A stretch of 64,000 nt of DNA from Bugula neritina. Its lineage: Eukaryota > Animalia > Bryozoa. A program made the translations under genes and the position numbers. The stretch spans positions 3,173,628 through 3,237,627 of the forward strand of contig OZ037771.1 of the NCBI GenBank assembly GCA_964035545.1, read 5' to 3'. The notes under the pieces are model-generated. The model was not told the DNA's origin. It worked only from the letters and a program-made list of their open reading frames with translations, and made no database searches. Position 1 is the first letter of the stretch. The number at the start of each line of letters is the position of its first letter. Shown here piece after piece: positions 52,356 through 64,000 of this stretch.

Positions 52356-55317
52356 GTTTAATTGCATAAAATTCTCTGTAAAGAAAAGATCTGGTCGAAT
52401 GAAATATTCTGACAGCTTGAAAAGGTGCTCTACAGTTGCTGTACAAATGTCACTGAGATTTATAATAATTCACAACTCTACCTTGATACCTTTTTATATC
52501 ATCGTTTCTGTGTGGTAATAATTTCCAATTTTCCTCCACTTCTGCATCTCTGACATCATTTGCCATCCTGTACTATGTATTTGAGCACTTAGAGTGCTCT
52601 AAATAAAAGAGCACTGCTGATTGGTCAATTAAATTCCATTCATGAACATAGCCTAATAGCTGGAAGAAGTTTCTCATATGTGAAACAATTGTGAAGTTTT
52701 ATTATCTAATCTATACCTTTGTGGGTGGTAGAAGAGTAACCAATTATTTTCAACCATTAGCTGTACTTTATTATAAAGAACTTGAGACATAAAAAAACAA
52801 CATAAATAAACAACAAAATTGTCATAAAGTTACATAAATTAAATTGAATATACTTTAAAAAAACTTGCTATTGGTACATTTTTAAAATGATTTTCAAGCA
52901 TTTTCTTGCAAATTATAAGCTATCATATGCCATAGCTTATGTTATTGGGAATTTATTGTTTGCTTGCTTCTGATTGCTCCCCAGCTGTTTATTTGCTAAT
53001 TATGATGCATATAAATTCATGCAATATGTTTGCAACTTTTCTCACCGGTGCCAGTGTAATACTTGTATTAAATTGTGTAATGTGGTAATAATGATAACAA
53101 TAAGGAAAATATAGTTTGTACCTGTTAGATTCAAACAATACATTGTTATCAGCCTGTAGACTGGAGAAGCAGATAGCACTGTGGGGTTGGTAAACGTATC
53201 AAACACATAATATATTTTGGTCTTGCCACTGAAGGCTCTAGCTTGTCTGCTGATTGATCATTGGCTAGAGAATACACTTTACGTTCCTTTTAGAATTACA
53301 CAAACTAGCAACAATAGAACTTTAGATTTTACAGTGAAACCAAACTAAAAAAGAGAACATAAATATGTTAGGATAGTTTCCATCTATCCCTGTGTTGTTT
53401 ATATAATAACAGTGTTCGCCGTTGATCAAGATTAATTTGGTTAAGATGATTAATTTGCAGTAAAAGCTGTTGAAAAGGAAAGTAAGAGCAAGTATCATTT
53501 TTTTACAAAAGCAACTGAACTAAGTTACTGTCAAAGGAAAAAGTAACGAGCAATAACTAAAATACAATGTTTTTATATAATATTTAGGTGAAAAAAATTA
53601 GTTTAAAATAAATAGCTAAATGTATTAAAACATCACTCAGTTTTAAATTATTGTTATATCACCAATTTTTCTCTCAACGGTGCTAGCATTGTAATAGAAG
53701 TTATGTCAAATAAAGTAAAAGTGTAGAATTGGGGAAATTATTTTTGTTCAGTGATCAAGTCATAATATTGCCTCAGGGATAAGGTACTGAAAGTTATGAG
53801 CTACTGAAAAATATTCCTTACATAATTTTCTGATGAAGCAACTCTCACTTCTGCTCCTCACTGACTCCTCTAGTTTTGCTAATGTTGTACACTGACTGCT
53901 TAGACCTGTATCTTGAATATAAAATATTTTTGGCTGAGTAAGAAAATTTTATTAAAGCTCAGTTTTCTTTAAAGAAACAATTTACATTTGGAATAGATTG
54001 TGTTGAATACATTGCCTAAATATTTTCATTGGAACAACAGAAACTTGGAACAAAAGATTCCTTTGGCATGCATTAACAAGCTACTGATAATTTAGATTTT
54101 AGGAAAATGATTTTAACTTGATAAAGACAAAACAATAGCAAACTTCTACATCTACAAGAAAAGTAAGTTTGTTGTAATAACTGTAGATAGTATAATATGA
54201 TGATTGCATTACATTGTATTTTATCTCATTGCATGGTATTTTACATTAATTTAAACAGTGAAAATATTAAAATGTCACCATAATTATTAAGCCACTGGTT
54301 TTGTGCTCTGTTACATATAGAAATTACATTTATTCAAAACATTGCATCTTCAATTTATTTTAAGTAAAATTTATTTCAACAGCTGCACTAGCTGATGAAA
54401 AACCTTGTGTCTGTTTTAAATGTCGAGCAATTCATGCACACGCAGGTCATTACAAAAAATATTTGCTTTTCTGTATTGGAAATGTTTATGTGATTCTAAA
54501 CTGGCACAGTTTATAGGAATAAAAGTTAGTCTTGCTGCAAGTTTGCACTTCATATCCACATGAATAATTTTAATCGTGGACACCGGCACTTCCTCCAACA
54601 AATTTTCCTATATAAATCGAAGCATGTGGAAAATAGGAAAAATCTCTAAGAAGACTTTACAGTTAAAATATTGCCTGTCTGTATGATCTAATACACATGA
54701 CGTGCATATTGGGGAAATGAACGGCCATAGCTATAAGGAAGCTGTTACTACGCGAATAAGCTGTAAGCATAATTTAAGGAAATTCAAGTTCGTTTATTAT
54801 TTTATTGATGCGCAAATCATATTACAAAGTATATCCTGCAATGACAAATATTTTTGGAAAAGTTGGTGTTTTGTAAAATTTTATCGTTGCAGCCACAGAA
54901 TTGTGTTTGGTAAATTCCATAAAGAAGAACATTGACTTAATACATTAATACATTTTAGAAGTTAATACATTTAATTTGGCCAGTAAAAATTGCGTTCGAT
55001 CTGATTGTTAAAGCATAATTTATTCACTAAGCTTATATACAGTTACATAAAAATTATTATCCCCCAGTTTACAAGCAGTTAAAATACTTTGTTTAAGTAA
55101 AGAGGGGGGAAGGGGGTAATAATTACGCATCTTGTTGGTTTTTATTTAACTATAGATTAACTCTGTTTTGTCGGATTGCATGTAGATGTATTCTCTTAGC
55201 ACACGTTCACCTGGTTCTGTGAGTCAACGCTGAGCTACTATATGTTTATAAACAATGGAAATATAAAAATACTTTTACACTAAAATATAGAGTAGCAACA
55301 CTCTTTAATTAGTTTCT

Positions 55318-55656
55318 GTAGTGTGTGTGACAATGAAGTGAGGTACTGTGACAATGTAGTGTGTGTGACAATGTAGTGAGTGTGACAATGTAGTGTGTGT
55401 GTGACAATGTAGTGACTGTGACAATGTAGTGACTCTGACAATGTAATGACTGTGACAATGTAGTGAGGTACTGTGACAATGTAGTGAGGTACTGTGACAA
55501 TTTAGTGACTGTGATTATGTAGTGACTGTGACAATGTAGTGACTGTGACAGTTTAGTGAGGTACTGTGACAATTTAGTGACTGTGATTATGTAGTGACTG
55601 TGACAGTTTAGTGACTGTGACAGTTTAGTGACTGTGACAGTTTAGTGAGGTACTGC
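55318..55656. repeat. 17-21-bp minisatellite (copy B, shorter)
   Basis: Same unit as 47450-48025. Confidence 0.95.
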
Positions 55657-58467
55657 GAAAAATTAGAAAATTCAACTCAATCACCAAACACTAAAAATAG
55701 TTTGTAAAAGCTAGACACTGATTGCTGCTGCTGCTCTAATTTTATATTCTACAGTCTGTGTACCTCACAAGGCACTATAGAACTCTGAAACTCTGTATAA
55801 ACAAGTTGAATATTCAACAACTTTTTTTATTTAAATTATAAATCTTATATAAACTTGATGTTTATACATTTGTCATATATTCTAACTATATGTTTATGTT
55901 AAATGTTGAGTAAGTTGAATTGAAGCAGTATTATAATAAAATAATTGTTTAAGCTTCTTTAAAGGAGAAAGCCAAGAAAAAAACAATTTTTTCTGAAACT
56001 AGGCGTACAATGAATTTGTTTTAAAATAATAAAACTTCAACTTCTTTAACTTCAACTATAAAAGTTTTGAACATTATTTTCTCTTTACAAACAAATGAGT
56101 TTAATTACTTTTCAAGCATCTGCTAGAATTACTAATTTTATCTGATTAGAAGCACACAAACATGAAATTGTTATGTAATTTTATTCACGTCAGAGACTTA
56201 AGAGATAGTGTATTTTTAAAACAGGCTTGTATGGCCAACTGTTAGCAACAATTTCTTAATATCTGTCGTAAGCCATGAGGAAAGTAATGTTTGAAGAGCA
56301 ATAAATATCAAAGAGATGAGAGCATGGTATATCAAACTTGATAAAACTAACATGGTTGTACCTGTCACCTCAAGACTCACAGATTGCTTGAAGTTAAACA
56401 CTAGAGATTTGGTTATCAAGCATTTATGACCTTGAATGGCTTTTTGACTCTACTGGCTCTAACAGACGACACTGATACAGAAAATAAACTTCCTGGAAAT
56501 GTATTTGATTTGTAAAAAAGGTTTATTTATAGATCAAAAGGAAGCTGTTTATCAACTATCCCAAGCGTGGAGTTTGAACTCTGAAGAAGAGTAGAAGAAG
56601 CAAACAACTCCTTATTCGCCAATTTATTGCTGGAATCCAAACACTGATAAAATATCATTACTCTTTTGTTTCTATTATACCTTCACATTCACCTTCTGAT
56701 ATCACTTTTAAAGTTCGCTTGAACTCATAGTGGGTAAAGTAGATATAAATAAGGTTGCTAATAAAAATTTATTAGCTGGCAAAATATTGCTTAGCTACAT
56801 TAACTTGTTCAAATCTTGCGACTCCCCTCTAATACTCATACATGTAAACATAACATAAGGCCTCAAAGCAAATACATTTTTGTGGCAAGTGAGCAAAATC
56901 ACAATATAAATGATTTTATATGATTTGAAAAAAGAAAATAACTTAGAGGAACTTACTTATTTGGCTATAGAACAAGCTGTCCACTAGCATATGTGTGTCT
57001 GCTAAGTGGCTGTATTTGAGAGCTATGACTCTGTTGAAGGCAGAGCTTGTCTGCTAATAGCTAATGGTAAGGCGGAGCATAAGAGATTTGCAAACTTTGC
57101 TACAGCAGGTTTACAACTCTACTTTAAAAACTCTACCCATGTAGCTTCAATAATTTGTTTTACATTTTGTATCATCTCATATTGCTACATGAATGTACAA
57201 TCAAATATCTCTGTATGTATAGCTCGTTTGGGCTTTTGGAATCGTCATTACACTTCAAGTATATTATATTTTCCTTTTTAGGAGCAGAGTATTGAAATAA
57301 AACTATCTAGGAAAAAAAATAGCAGAGCACTTTTTTATACTTCTCCTCTCTTTGAGTGTTTATAGACAAGCAGATATAATAGCATCAAGTTGCATAGAAT
57401 ACATTTGCACATAATTATTAATTTTATGATTTACACCTGATTTTTTGACTTATTAGTATTACATGAAGTAGCCTCTAACTTACAGCAGTGTTTCCTGTTA
57501 CAAAAAAGTGCGGGTCAAAAGACGAACTAAGTTCTTAGCTAGAACAAATAAAGTACAGGCAGACTTCAGTTTATTTCTACCAGAAATGGTTCAACATCAA
57601 GTATTTTGTTTATCAAACATGACATGATCTAGAGTAATGCTTCCTGGACCCAGCCCGTCCACACGCATGCTTAGTATTTAGGATCTCTGTCTTTTTCTAG
57701 GTTACGAAAAAAGCATTAGTTTATGTATAGAAATATTATATTTGAAGATAATCAAGGTGGGGGTCACATAATTTAGTCCGGATATAAACTACATGTGACC
57801 TGCTAAAATATATGCGGAAGACTGTGGTCTAAAGGGTGTAAAAGGCTAACTGATAGCAGCAACCTTAACCTATACTTAGCATAGAGATGTGCTGAGGCTA
57901 TGCTCAAAAATAAGGGGTGGACTATAATAAAACAGGTAAAAGTGCTTCTATATAAACAGTAGCTTTTAAGCAATTACTAAAACCATAACATGATAGAATA
58001 TAAAAGTTCATAGCCAATATTCATAGCAAAAAGTAAAAAATACGGGGAGCCATTGCTAAAGTGTGATATTAGATGCACCTGTTAGTTCAAAAATGTATAT
58101 AAAAAACTAACCAACAAAGCATAATGGCTAGATTTAAAAATACAATTACTATAGGTTGATGAACAGTAAAGCAGTACACTGCATGTGAATTATAACACAT
58201 GTCATAAAATTCATGTGTACATGAAGCAAATTATAATAGCTGGGAGTTATCATACCAAGCAGTGTACTTGAAGAAAATATTAAAATTATTAAAGTGTAAA
58301 AATTTTGACTTGATTCCAATAGAACTTTGAACCAGCCAATTGTGAAACTCATAAAGTCCACGAGTCAGAATAAAGCAGGAGAAGATAACTGCAATAAAAG
58401 CATTTCCTAAGTAGAATAAGCCTGTGAACTACAGAACCACACGGGCGGGGGGCTCTTTTGTAACCTT

Positions 58468-63864
<5,397 letters not shown>

Positions 63865-64000
63865 CTAGCGAGGAGAAAGAGTGAGAATATACAAGAAGGA
63901 AACAGCTGCACAACGACAGCAGTTTGTCAGCAACCTACCAGTTGTGCACCAGTTAGTAATTCATAATAATTCTACTCAATGGAAGTTTTGTTGAATATTC

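Larger units (their letters stand above)
49450..57071. repeat. Tandem segmental duplication, copy B
   Basis: Matches copy A except for loss of A 43262-44447 (junction ~52182), an extra ~185 bp at ~53815-54000, and a shorter minisatellite. Confidence 0.95.

Noticed and set aside
47412-55572. LHCHSHY/TTLSQ repeat ORFs at 47.4-48.0 kb and 55.3-55.6 kb
   Set aside because: Minisatellite translations; copy number differs freely between the duplicates.

Overview
AT-rich, intron-rich metazoan (probably invertebrate) genomic DNA. It contains: (1) an intact 4.3-kb Ty3/Gypsy-type LTR retrotransposon (7951-12257) with identical 271-bp LTRs, a CTTGT target-site duplication and a -1 frameshift signal, whose primer-binding position matches the 5' end of tRNA-Phe rather than a tRNA 3' end; (2) a complete 8-coding-exon PAICS gene (-); (3) a divergently oriented 4-exon gene encoding only the C-terminal domain of FAIM (+); (4) an AKAP17A gene with two independent frameshifting lesions (-); (5) a perfect ~1.1-kb (GT)n tract; (6) a 3-exon PAN/Apple + F-type-lectin-like gene (+); (7) a head-to-tail ~8-9 kb duplication, in which copy A holds a 5-exon gene for a 140-aa secreted, four-helix-cytokine-like protein and copy B holds a deletion-broken version; (8) the 3' 13 exons of a group I PAK kinase (-). 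Many introns carry minisatellites that abut or contain splice sites. All exon models and homology calls were made by eye from GT-AG boundaries, phase consistency and remembered motifs; no searches were run. I could not build a gene model for 1-7950 or 12260-15400.
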